From: Nemertoderma westbladi
Taxonomy: Eukaryota; Animalia; Xenacoelomorpha
Assembly (NCBI GenBank): GCA_032718475.1
Contig: JAUCBJ010002337.1
Coordinates: 1 to 56,911, forward strand
DNA: 56,911 nt
Direction of reading: 5' to 3'
The notes under the pieces were generated by a model. It saw nothing but the letters and a program-made list of their open reading frames with translations. It was not told the DNA's origin and did no database searches. Within the stretch, counting starts at the first letter, position 1, and each line of letters begins with the position of its first letter. The position numbers were made by a program, and so were the translations under genes. Below are positions 44,330-56,911 of the stretch, piece after piece.

Positions 44330-47300
44330 GCAGTTTTTTTTTGAGGCTAGTAAGAGTCCTTTTCTCTTTGGGGCGAGCCACTTTACTAGGAGGGCTATAA
44401 ATCCTGGGTGAAGGGTGCAATATGATTGCATCAGAAGGTGTAGGATTATGGTCGGGGTATCCGCCGTTTCGATATGCTTCTCCTCGAGCTGATTTTCCTC
44501 CGCTCGTAGCTGGATACGTTCATCCAAAAACTCTCGCAGAGAATGGGGTTGTCTAAGTTCGATATCTTCTTAGAGATTCTGGATTTCACAATCGAACTGA
44601 GATAAAGACAATTCGTTTATCGCTTGGACTTGCTGTTACAACTTACGTTTATCTGAACAAACGCAGGTTTCCTTTCTGATCTTTGTGAATAGCGTTTAAC
44701 TCGTTTGGTACAACGTTCTCCGCCACTTTGGTGACAGGTTATATCGTGTTAAGCCGGGACGGGACGATGGTAAGGGTTAAACGGCGATATTAAATGTCCG
44801 CGTCCCAATCCGGCTAGGTAGAATGGGCAAGTATCTAGGAAGCCCACAACTGGGGTGCCACCGACTAATTGTTCAGGTAACACTAGATCTTTGAGCAGTG
44901 AGTACAGCTCGGGAGGATCCGTCATACTAATAGGATCAAGAGTCTGAAGTCTCACTAGGGAATGAGGAGTTCTGATCGAGTATTCCGAAACTCTGATCAT
45001 TGGTTTATTTAAGGATCGTCTGAGTCGAATGAGCGTAGGTGATACATCGAACAAGTTTCGCTCGAAACTCCCGTAAGTATAGCGAGTAAAACCGTGTTTA
45101 AAGCAACGTCTCCGCGGATGTTTATGTCTTTCTTTATGTTTAGTGTTTAAAGCTCATCTATCCCATCATAGTAGACATGTACCGAACAACAAGAGTCCCA
45201 CAAGAAATGAAAACAAATAAGTTGGTGCCAGTTCCCAAGAAGGGCAACCTAACACTCTATGGTTCTTTTCGGGGAATCTCATTGATCTCGATTGCTGCAA
45301 AGCTATACAATAGGATTCTATTAAATCGCATCAGGGATCCCATTGAGAGACTGCTCCGTGGAAATCAGAATGGGTTCCGTAAAGGTCGTGGGACCATGGA
45401 GCCCATTTTGGCACTTAGAAGGATAATTGAAGAATTATCAAAAAAGAAAGACAGGCATCTGGCTGTTATCTTTGTTGACTTCTTCAAGGCCTTTGATTCA
45501 GTCTCTCGTTCACGTATGTTCAGCATACTTTCATTATATGGGATTCCTGATGAAATTATTGCAGCAATCAGATCAGTATACGATGGTTCGACAACATTTG
45601 TGTCTACTGTTGACGGTGACACAGAACCATTTGAAGTGTTATGGGGCGTCCTCTAAGGAGACACACTTGCACCATTCTTGTTCATTATTGTGGTTGACTA
45701 TGTTCTACGCATGTCCTTAGATCATCATAATGATGATGGGGTGATGATAACTCCACCTACTGGCTCCAGAAGTCGAGGAAATCCTGCCAAGTACCTAACT
45801 GATCTAGACTTTGCTGATGACTTAGGAGTACTCTCAGAATCATTAGAGGGAGCCCAACGGCTCTTCAGCTCATTAGAACATGCTGCTTCTAGTGTTGGTC
45901 TTTTTATTAACTCCAGAAAGACCAAAATTCTGACCGTTAACTTTGAAAGTCCTCAGCAAGTCTCTGATCGGATGAGCATAAGCTCAAAGGATGGTATGCT
46001 TGAGCATGTGGACGACTTCTGTTACCTGGGATCATGGATCCGGAAGTCAGGTGAGGACCTTCGAATACGTAAGGGAAAGGCATGGGCAGCCTTGAATAGG
46101 CTTTCCAGGATTTGGAAGTCACCGAGAATTAATCGGAAACTTAAGGTCCGATTATTTAGAGCAGCAGTAGTTCCAGTACTCCTCTATGGGAGTCCATGCT
46201 GGGCTCTAACTGCTGAGGACACCAAATCTCTGGATGGCACATTCACAAGAATGCTACGCCGGGTTCATTGTGTCAAGTACAATGCACACATCTCCAACCA
46301 GACACTATATAACATTGGAGGTGTCTCATTGGTTCCCCCAAGCTTGACACTAGAACAAAACCGCCTCCGCTTTGCAGGACATTGCTTTCGCCGTGAGGAC
46401 CAGCCAGTGCATAATCTTGTACTTTGGCAGCCTCATGGAGTGAAAAAGCATGGTGGACAGCCCATGACTTTCTTGAGACGCATCTTAAAGGACACTGGCC
46501 TTAAAGATGCGGATGATCTAGCAAATGTCATGGGTGATAGGGAGTTGTGGCAGTGCAATTTTGTTGACAAGCCGGCACAGCATTCTTAAAAATGCAGCTG
46601 CAATGCAGCATGCCGATCCTAGTAGTAGTAGTAGTTATGTCTTTCCGTTTGTTGGTTGGGTCTTGGGCATTCATCGCAATAATACCAAAAACGCACGTCT
46701 TGTAGGGGAAACGCGAGTGATCTTCCTCCAGCTTACAATATTCTTCCATCCGTTCGAAGCTATCCGGTACAACAGGTAGCGATCGATCGGTGGTAAGATA
46801 CATCATAGTGGAATAGAGCCGTTTGAGTTCTACCATGCGGTCATGATGTATACCTTGAGGATATCGAGTTTCTAGATTCTGTTGACTGGTAATATCTAAT
46901 AGGTTTCTCTCAAGAATTCCAGGTATTTGGTGGAGTCGCTGCATTTATCCGGCTCTTCGACATCTGCACTTTCGAGTCGGTTTCGAATAGAATTTTCGTG
47001 TTTGAGTCTCAGTTTATCGTTCCGCTTCCGCTGGGTATGATATTTAAATAAACCATTTCCCTTTGGTGTCTATATCGTTCGTATCGTGTAGGTCGATAGG
47101 ATGACCAGTAGTCAAGAAGTCCATATACGTACCATTACGATGCGTATAGCGAGCGGTGAATTTTCTACAGTCTAACCCACGCGCAAGTTGCTCCCGGGAC
47201 ATTGGCAGTTAGATATAACGACCATCGACCTCCGTAGTAGTTGGACCAGCGTCGCCGCGTATCAAGCTATCAACAAATGCTTGTAAAGGTAGAGTATATC

Positions 47301-47340
47301 GTTCCCTGATACCAAGATCATCTTCTATCAACTCAATCAT
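44330..47340 (-). pseudogene. Decayed second ORF of element B, split by the RTE insertion
   Basis: MIELIEDDLG..., MQRLHQIPGILERNLLDI...KRKDI|, ...SFERNLFDVSPTLIRL..., DERIQLRAEE...; homologous to 37302-38608. Confidence 0.55.
45133..46634 (+). mobile_element. 5'-truncated RTE-clade LINE with one nonsense codon
   Basis: RT motifs RGISL, QNGFRKGR, FVDFFKAFDSV, GVL*GDTLAP (TAA 45654-45656 at the conserved QG), DLDFADD, YLGS. (TAG)n tail. 11-bp TSD TTATGTCTTTC (45122-45132 and 46635-46645). The empty site is present in element A at about 37814-37824. Confidence 0.92.
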
Positions 47341-48988
47341 ATCTGCTATATAAGTTTATCCATATTATAATGAGTTTATATTTAGGCGAGCGGGCGTCGC
47401 TGCCTACCCCTCTCTGCCCCCGGACAGTGCGAGATCCTCAGCGCTGGTGTACTTTCGCCGATGTGCCTATCGCCAACGTCGTAGCTGCACAACGACTACA
47501 ACAACCAGCACGAGCCACTCCACCGTCCGTCCCAAAGGCTTAGATATACTTCAGGTTCTTACTGGAGAGTTAGGGTTACTTTCACAATTGCGACTCGCTA
47601 CTGTAAACACACCTTAGTAGTAACATTCACCTACAAACGCACAAATTCCACGTAACAGTCACAAATGGTACACATTCTATCACACATTCGGGTGATTTGT
47701 CCGTTAGTCAAGTGCCTTCCAGAATGTCACGTTGTTATTATGTATCCTTGGATACTAGCGGTGTGCTATTTATTCCGTATGCTATTCAATACGCAAGCCC
47801 TTTATTGTTCTTTTAACTCACTTCTAATTCTAGCGTGGTTGTTGCCATGGTGACATTATGGAAAGCTAGCGGTAGAATTAGGGTAATTCTCATGCATACA
47901 GATCTGGGATGCTATTTAATAGTAATTCTTTAATGGTCAATATCCCCTTTATACATGATTCTATGAATTGTATCGGCTATTGACTATACATTGGAGATTC
48001 TCGCGCACAAATACACTTAATAGAGTAAATCTCCGCTCCCATGATCTATTAATTAATGGAATTTTGGGAATGTTATAAATTGTATAAAATGACAATTTAT
48101 CAAATTCATTGAAATATATGAATTTAAATTTATTCCCGTAAATTTTATTATTTGATAGTTAAAATGGACACAATTTTATTCCAGAACGTGTCTGGGGACT
48201 GGGATCCTTGATTCTATGAATTTTGTCCTTTTAAGAGTATCGGTAAGTGCTACGATATCTTAATCGACTAGAATTTTAAAGGATCTGATATTTGACAGAT
48301 TTTTGTAAATATTAATAATTAATATTTAGGATGGGCACCAGTTTATTCCAGAACTTGTCTGGGGACGATAACCATTGATTCTAGAAATTTGTCTTTCAAG
48401 TATATCGGTGGGTGCCGCGATATCTTAATCGACTAGAATTACAGATGGTCAAAGGGTTTAACAGATTTATTTTGCGTTATACGCTACTGTTAAAGGGACA
48501 TCACGCTACTATATGTATTATTTAATATACGGTATGAGAGCAATATCGCACGAAGCAATGTCAGTGTGAAGAGGCAAGTCGTTTCCAAGGTCTACCCAGA
48601 GCTTGGTTTAGCCGAGACACGAGGATCTGAACTTTGCATTCCTAATACTCTGCCTACCAATAATACTTAAATATAGTAGTGGCTTTATTGTACTTTAATA
48701 AGTACGGACATTTCATCTTACTGTAGTCACGTATTTATAATATAATACGGGCAGTAAGGAAAGAGAAAAAGAATTATTTCTCGCCGTCGCACTAAATATA
48801 TAATATACGTAATTAAATAATAAACGCGAATATATATTGCACTAATCTACTAAATAATCTCTAAAATACCATACTACTAAATTAAATTAAATAAAACGAT
48901 TAAAATAAAATTACATAATAATACATACATAAATATAAAAATAAAACAAATACAAAATAATAGAGTCACACACCCACTCCATATGTTG

Positions 48989-51900
48989 TTACGTTATGGA
49001 GTCCCTAGATGTTTGAAGGATTAGGGAGGTGGTCGTGGGAAGAGAATCTTGCCTTCCACAGTTTCCGGAGAGTCCTCCATTCCCTTCTGGTAAACACAAA
49101 CGACCGACTGGGTGATTGAGTCGCTGCATCCCGAATACAATTCCAAGTTTCCTCTTCGTCCTGGAATAGTGACGATAGAAACATCGCTCTAGGTACACGA
49201 CGGCCTTACAAAGCCGATTCCAGGAGCTATAGTGGTCCGTCGCTCCCTGCAGGAGAGGTGAGAGTCCCTGCGAGACGTCTGATGTTCCAGAGCTCCAATC
49301 GCTCTCTCTGATCTTCATGAAGGATCCACTCGCGGTGGGGAGGTCCAGATCCACGGCGTCGTCCCTGGCAATATGTAATACCGACAGATCTATCCCGGGT
49401 TCAAATAACTCCGATCCACCCGTCCGGGTTTTAGGTTTGACTTTCTCCGCTCCCTTGGCTGGTCTAATCTCAGTCGGAGTAAGATGGGGAGGCCATTCAT
49501 CCTCCTTACTCAGGAAGTCGGGTTTACCTAACCGTTCTGTAGTATCTGTCAGTTCTTGAGGAGTTGCTCCTCTGGAAGCGATGTCAGTTGGATTAAACTT
49601 CTTGGGGCAATATCTCCATTGATCTACATTGGAGCTAATATCGTCATTATCTGAGGAGTATGGTGTTCCCTCAGTTGGGTCGTCTCCCTCACTAGTATCA
49701 TCTTCCCATTCACTCACCTGGCAGACGCGATCTTGAAGCAGTCTTTCTCTGAGCGTTCTTCGGGAAGGTCCAGTAAGGTACCAACCTACTCTAGTTCTTA
49801 CCGCATAGGTCTGAAGTGGTTGCGGTTGAGCAGGTCGTTTCTCCAATGTCTCCAGCGCCTCATGCGCGTTTTGACCGATTAATATTTGTACTCCAGGATA
49901 ATCGGTGTCGAATCTAGGAATGTTAAGTTGTTGGGCATGATCATCTTCGTCCCAATTATAAGGTTCCACTTGGGTGGTAGCGAAGTTCTTTATTGCCACC
50001 ATTTTGACTGACCTTATACTGTGTTCTCCTAGTTTATCCTGTGGAGTGGACAACTCACCTATATAATAGTCGGCAGCTACAGTAGAATTCCAAACCTGCA
50101 TGATCCCTGACATGTTTAGCTTGGTTCGGAACTTGGGTTGTCCAGCAAAGATGACTTCGGCTAGTTCTTTATCGATGAATGTTCCTGTGCTACCGGAGTC
50201 CAGGAGGGCGTTCACTATATAGCTCTTCTGAGGTCCGTGGACCCGTAACTGGACTACAGGAAATTCTCGGATTCCTATATTGGAAGTTGGCGCTTTCCAA
50301 GATGGTTGTTGATCAGAAGTAGTTAAGGTAAGGTCGCTGTCTGTGCCTTTCTCATGCATGAGTGCTCGATACACTGCGGTGGTGTTTATTAAGTAACAGG
50401 ATTCGTTTTGGTCGGAGAATTCGTCCGTATAGAATCCTTCCATCTCAGAACTTTGGTCAGTGTCGTTCACATCACTGAATTGGACATGTAGTTGTTCGGA
50501 CTCACTTACCTGACTCGGGCTGCTTCGTTCGAATTCAGTGTGCAACAAGATGATGTTTTGCACCGCACTTTGCACACCTTGCGTCGGAGTAACAGGTTCG
50601 CCGTTGGTGTCCTCGTCTGAGGCAATTATAACACAACCGCTTATCCCACATGACTTCCCGTCTCTCTTTTAATGATTTCTTTAAGAATTCATCGCACATA
50701 TTCAAGCGGTGGGGCCCATCGCACAGCACACATTTGGGTTTGATGTTACTTACTTTAACCTGTGCTGTGTGGTGCACACTTGTTCTCTCCTCGGGCCCTC
50801 TCACCTGAACTCTCTTGGGAGACGTAGGAGGAGTTTTTCTTACCTGTTCTCTCCTGTCATTGGTTCGAGACTTGAATTTACTTACCTGATCTTTAGGCAT
50901 TTTATTTACGTAATAAGATCTGTCAGTGTCTTTCCCGCTATCTTCTCCTTGAGAAGTCTGGCTTTCGCCATCATCTGTATAACACACTGGTGTTACCCTT
51001 CTCCTAGAAACGGGTTTCTCACTTACCTTGTTTTCCAGTGTCTTCTCTCTGGACTGCCTTAGGAGCTGTAATTTCACTTCTTCATCTAGGAATGACATGA
51101 GATCAGCCATGGTAGGGTCTCGTCGTTGTTGTTCCATCATATATAACACTTTCTTATCCCAGCGTGTGCCTACTCCACCTTTCGGTAAAGTAGAAGCCAC
51201 TGCTCTAATAACCATAGCACTCTGATACTCATGAGACTTACCTAGCCAATCTAATTGTCTACAGATCTCCTGAATCTCATCGGAAAACTCTATAATCCCG
51301 CTGCTAATAAACTTTCGGGGCGCTACCAACTTTGCATACAAATACCCAGCTATGTTATTCCTATTACCATACCTGATGTTTAGTGTATCCCAAACTTGTC
51401 TTAATCCGTCTGGATGTCCAATAAACTTTAACGCCATTAACTTGGGAGATCCTTCCAAGCACTCGATGAGGAATCTAAGTTTCTCTCCATTAGATAGTAC
51501 AGAGTTCTGTATGTTATCTTTGTAATATTCATTAAAAGGTAACCATTTCATCTCATCTCCATTGAACTTGACGATCTCTCCCACCTTTACCGCTTGCCGG
51601 GCTTCGGTTCTAGCCATTTGACGCGTAAAACTTTCTTGGGCCATCGTGTTATTTAATATCGAGTTATCGGTATATAAATTTCTCGGATTATGATCCGGTC
51701 TATAGGGAATATCATTATCAACAGGTCTATAATTACCCTTAATAGGGTTTACTATAGGGGTTTCCACTTCACTAGCAGTATAGATGCGTGTAGGCTCCAC
51801 ACCTTGCGCATGAAATACTTCAGACCTAACAGGTTGACACATTGTTACAGGGGGTGGTGGTATACCCTTTTGTAAATTGACTAATTTATCGCGTTCTAAC

Positions 51901-52684
51901 GCGATACTTTGCTGCACCTTTTGCAACTCTAACCTACCTTCCCTGACTGTTCCCTTGAGCTGCTGAACAGTCTCTTCCATTTCCCGGACCTGCTGGGAGG
52001 AACATTTACAATGTTCCCTCAGCTGCCCGAGCAGGAGACCCATCTCCCGTCGTCCCTCAGCTACCCACTCGACCGCCGAAGCGGGAGTCGCCAACGTAGT
52101 AGCGGGCAAGCGAGAGACGACGGGCGATAAATTCTGGATATCTCGCTCGGCGTCCAGGATGGGTTCGGACTCGGGAACAGTCCTACTGGGCACAGGTAGT
52201 TTCGTGCTGTGTAAAGGGAATTTAGAGGTAGGTTCTGGGAGTACAGGTGTCTCTATCACCGCAGGGGTGGCTTTGAGAACAGGCCTAATTATTTCAGGCT
52301 CATCTACTATAGTAGGGAGTCTTTCTACTGTAATAATTTGGTCTGTGGGTTCTGTACTACCTAAGTCTGTGCTAGCTAGTCTCACCACAGGAGGCAAATT
52401 AGGTAACTTCGGACAGTGTGGCATTCTTCTACGCCTGCTTGAACGAGATTTATTACCTCTACTTTCGGGATCTCTTATATCACCTTCATCGGATAACTGT
52501 CTTAATAACTGTCTTCCGATTTGTCTCCTCAAGTCTGCTTCTGCCACTGCCTCTGCCGCTTTTCTTTCCGCTTCTGCCGCTGCTACTTTTCTTTCTTCTA
52601 TCCTTTCAAGACACTGTCCAAGTCGAAGACTCATTCTAACACTTTTCAAAAGACTATCTGACAGTGCCCGTTTTGTGTCAGATA
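48989..52684 (-). pseudogene. Element B Gag-protease ORF; start codon ATA and a 2-nt frameshift at about 50548
   Basis: ORFs 50535-52649 (Gag) and 48989-50575 (PR + RNase H stub) align to A's 1361-aa protein. CATCATATCTTG in A is CATCATCTTG in B, and the position of A's ATG reads ATA (52682-52684). Confidence 0.85.
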
Positions 52685-54877
52685 TGTTTGATTGTACAGT
52701 TGAATGTCTACTGCTATATTACAGTTAAAGCAAGTCTAGTAATTCAGTATCACTGTTAGCCTAATAATTAATTACCGATACTGCAACTCAGTGGAGCGTG
52801 ATATATATATAATATATTAGAATACCGGTATGCTTATGGTATATATAAGTATTATTACAGACTAGGTTTTTTACAGAAACCGGTATATAATTTTAGCACA
52901 GATATATATAAATATATAATAGGCCTATCGTGGATACCGGTATGCAGTTTACACTTATAGTATATATAAGTATAATTATTAACTAGAATTAATTACAGAA
53001 TACCGGTATGATTTCAACCTAAAATTTATAGAAATAAATATAATAAGCCTATTGTAAATACCGGTATGTCAATTATTTTAGAATAATTGAATTTCTGAAT
53101 TTTAAGGGATACTTGGTTACTTTAACTTACTTTATCGCCGTTATTTAAGCAGTAGTCCAACTGATATTGAGACCTAATTGTTATATGGCAGGCCTACTAT
53201 TTATAAATCGTTTGAGTTGATTTATAATATATATATACCCGTTTAATGGGTTTTGTCAATGTTTGAAATAAATGTTATTATTTCTGGGGGAGTCACTACA
53301 CATAAGCTGTGCGCTCTCAGTGGAGTGCTACTTGTTAGACACTAAAACAAATAATTCTAATTTACCTAAGTTACTTAATACTACAAATTACGTACAATTC
53401 GGGTTGAGATTACAATCTCTAAATAAACACAAGAATTTAATTACAAATACACAAATACAAATTTTTAGGGTAATTTTACAAGAAGTCTACTAACCAGCCT
53501 AACAAAGGGTTAGAATATCTGGTTATTACAACGGACAGGTTACTACGGTATTTGAAAATAATAAGTAGTAGTAAATATACTGCGCTGTCCAGATAGGAAA
53601 ATACCACCGCCTGACGACCTATAACCGTATCACTATAGGTACTACGTTATGTATCACGGAGTGTCCCTACCTAGAAGTTAATTACCGCGGTCTACCAGAA
53701 CCAACGTGCCTATTAACCACTTTACAACACAAATACACTGCCTACACACTAATTGCTTTCGGAAAGCACTGTACACTAAACCCTAAATTAGGTACAAGTA
53801 CTTGTATAACAAATAATTAGTAGTTAAAATACTTGAACAGCCAAAAGAACCACGGTATCTGCCGGAGTGACCAAAGCACAAAATCTCCAGTGTTTACCTA
53901 CGCCGAGCAGCCCTGATGTAGTACCGGGGTTAGTTTAACTATAACGGTATGTATAACAAACACAATTACTGTAGGAACAAACTTGGGGAATGAATGTTGC
54001 GAATAATCGCATAAACTCTGAATAATAAATATTACGCTACGCGTACAAACTACTCAAACAAAATGCAGACCAAATACTGACAGACTACTATCAAGCCTAA
54101 ACAAACTACGGTATATGCAGACTCCGAAATGGTTAAGTAGTATGCGTTCTAACCCAGTAGTACGACTTATTCTTTAGATGGGGGTTTACCTTACAGCGAT
54201 GGCTGCCCCTACTTCCTAACCGTTCTTTATCGGACAGATGCTTTGCACACACCGAAATTTCCTCAAACCCAACAACAGCCAGACAACTATCCAGCCTACA
54301 AATTATCTAAATAAAATTATACGCTACCCGTACAGACTACACAAACAAAGTACAGACCAAACGCTGGCAGACTCCTATCAAGCCTAAATAAACCACAGGA
54401 CATGCAGACTCCGAAATGGTTAAGTAGTATGCGTTCTAACCCAGTAGTACGACTTATTCTTTAGATGGGGGTTTACCTTACAGCGATGGCTGCCCCTACT
54501 TCCTAACCGTTCTTTATCGGACATACACTCTACATGCACTGCAATCCGTTCAGACCTAATCAACAGTCAGCCAACAGTCAAGCCTACAAATTATCTGTAC
54601 AATCTGAGCAGGCTTACACGCCTTCTGCTCAATACTGGCCTACAAATAAATAAAACTGGCAGAAATAAGTAAACTATACAAAAGAATGAGGGGTGATCAA
54701 TCCCTATTCCCCTGGCAGCCTACATTATACAATAGATCACAATCGAATAATACTGCTGTACCTGTACCGTAAGTACCGGTTCGGGCAGTTGGGCCTACAG
54801 GCCTACAGTAGTACAGGTTACCGTTCAACCGGTACCGGTACTTTAGACTGGATTGCTTACACCGCAATCCAGAAGCA

Positions 54878-54888
54878 ATATCTGTTAT
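54878..54888 (-). promoter_or_regulatory. Non-tRNA primer-binding site ATAACAGATAT, complementary to LTR 55599-55609
   Basis: Abuts the 5' LTR end at 54889; perfect 11-bp complement inside the LTR. Confidence 0.75.
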
Positions 54889-56054
54889 TGTTCGCGCTTT
54901 TAAGACCCTTGACAGTTTAACCTGCCAAATTAGGATGTCTTTTGGATGATATATATTCTTTAGCTTATGACGAGTATTTGATACACTACATTAGCCGAAG
55001 CCAGCCTATGCGCAATCATTCACCCGTTGGATATACCCGGGAGACTGAGTTCGGAGCTTAATGATTGATGGTGTAAGCCTACCGTATTATTCGACTGATC
55101 GTAATATATAATCTCTGACAAATATTATTCACTTTCGGGAAATATTAACAGTTCCTTTAGGACGTGGCGCTCTAAATATGTAAACAGAGTTATGACTTAA
55201 ACTAGACACAACGAAAAGGCTATAGATTAACGTATATGGCGCATTCTTTAGGAGATGCTTTGTTATCAGTTACAATCATACACAATGCTGCACAATACTG
55301 CACACTAATCTGCCGACCTTCACTAAATTTAGTCACGTATAAAGAGAGCAACAGACAATTTATGTTGGGCATATGAAATAGCATTAGATTCACTTCAAAC
55401 CACTCAACATAGGTCGCAATCGTTTATCTGTAACCGGTCTCTCTAACCTTTAGTATATCAAGAAGGTGGGGTGTCTGACTATTGATCAGTATTCCGATAT
55501 AATAATTCATCAACAAATATCACGAATAACCAACAGCAAAAGCAGTAATGTAAGATATGAATTGCATAGATATGTATGATAAGATTGTAATTAACTCGAT
55601 AACAGATATACGTTCTATAATTAAGCCTACTAATGTAAAGCTAAAGAACGCTGATATACGGAGGTGCTAAAAGCCGATGTTCTTAGGCTCTGAGCAAAAA
55701 CATAACACTGAACTACTGAGTTCTGTACACACCTCCAACACAGAGACAAAAAACGCTCTGATTGGTCAACCGAACAACGAGAGAACAAAGAAACAAAGAA
55801 ACGTCGACGTGGCAATATCAGCTGTTAGCCGTCGTCATGGTAGCGACACTGTTTTCAAGAGTATCCAGCTTATCGCGTCACGAGATTGCGGATTATGTCC
55901 TCTAAAGTACAAATACAGTACAAATACAGAAGAAATGACTTTTATGTCCTCTAAAACACCAGTACAGCAAGGACACGGCCTTTTTATGCCTGGCAAACCA
56001 ACTACAGAGTACTTTAAGGGAAAATAACCGGTTAATGATGCAAAAGCTTTTACA
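54889..56054 (-). repeat. Element B 5' LTR
   Basis: Matches 43057-44222. Confidence 0.95.
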
Positions 56055-56911
56055 CAGCACTACTATTCACTTTTAAAGACAATCAATCTGCACTAGGCCA
56101 GTATATAGGCTTACAAATATTCATTCCCAATGTTTAACAGTTTACCGTAGAATTAGTTAAAATTTACTACATCACTAATTCGATTCTTATTACATTAGCT
56201 TTGGTTTGCTAATTTCGGTTAAATTCCGGTTATTGATTTATAGTGAACAAAACGAAGAGATCTGCTATTAGTTCTTCTAGATCTTTCTGGAAAAAAAATG
56301 AGATGAGTCCGGAAAAACCATGAGTAAGAGATAAAGAAGTTTGATAAAAGATGAACAAGTCCTACATAGCATTACTAATGAATCGAAGAGGATTACTATC
56401 TATATAAAATAATAAAACAAATACACTATTCACAAGATATCTTTACACGAGCAATATCCATCCATGGACGTTAGTTTAAGGCTGAATTTCTTCATACACT
56501 CGTTAATATATCACATGAATCCCATTGCATCCCATTAATCACGAATATATCATTCCCCCCTCAGCCAATCCACTAATTAATAAATCAGGAAGTTGCCCTA
56601 ACTTCCTCCTACCTAACTCACAACCCCAGTAGTAGTTTGTTAGCTCAACATATCTTATGTCTAAATGTCAGAACATATTAACGAAAGATGGTCGGATAAT
56701 GTGTTGATTAATGTGGAATAGAAAAGTTCCGCTCCTTTTAAGATTAATCAACGAAAGTGGATGTTCGTACTTACTCTATAGTAGAATTCACTTATCATAT
56801 CATAAAATCGTGCCCCATTCAACATTTTACATATTATTATTTACCTTTATTTGACTTCTGAGCAAATCCTTACACATTTATTGATTTATGTTCTGAGTCG
56901 GTTGAATCTAT

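Larger units (their letters stand above)
43057..56054 (-). mobile_element. Bel/Pao-derived non-autonomous LTR retrotransposon, copy B (sister subfamily of A) with nested RTE
   Basis: 1166-bp LTRs with about 7 differences seen; TSD CAGCA (43052-43056 and 56055-56059); same terminal sequences and organisation as A. Confidence 0.93.

Overview
AT-rich eukaryotic (apparently invertebrate animal) DNA, dominated by transposons. The left 12 kb holds an 8-bp-TSD MITE, an intact Crypton-type tyrosine recombinase ORF with an upstream hairpin, two tightly packed intronless host genes (NUDT6-like Nudix hydrolase, UPF0739/C1orf74-like) and a probable first exon of another gene. Next come a complete, young, GC-rich Gypsy (Mag-like) element with identical 165-bp LTRs and several satellites and SINE/LINE relics. 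Two convergent 12-13 kb Bel/Pao-derived LTR elements follow (A: 28074-39953, +; B: 43057-56054, -, with an RTE LINE inserted). Both encode Gag-protease but lack RT, most of RNase H and integrase, and both carry a decayed second ORF. The main observation is that neither has a tRNA-type primer-binding site. Instead the 11-12 nt right after the 5' LTR are perfectly complementary to a site inside the LTR, and the one substitution between A and B in that duplex is compensated. An adjacent hairpin also covaries. This points to Tf1-style self-primed reverse transcription in a Bel/Pao lineage.
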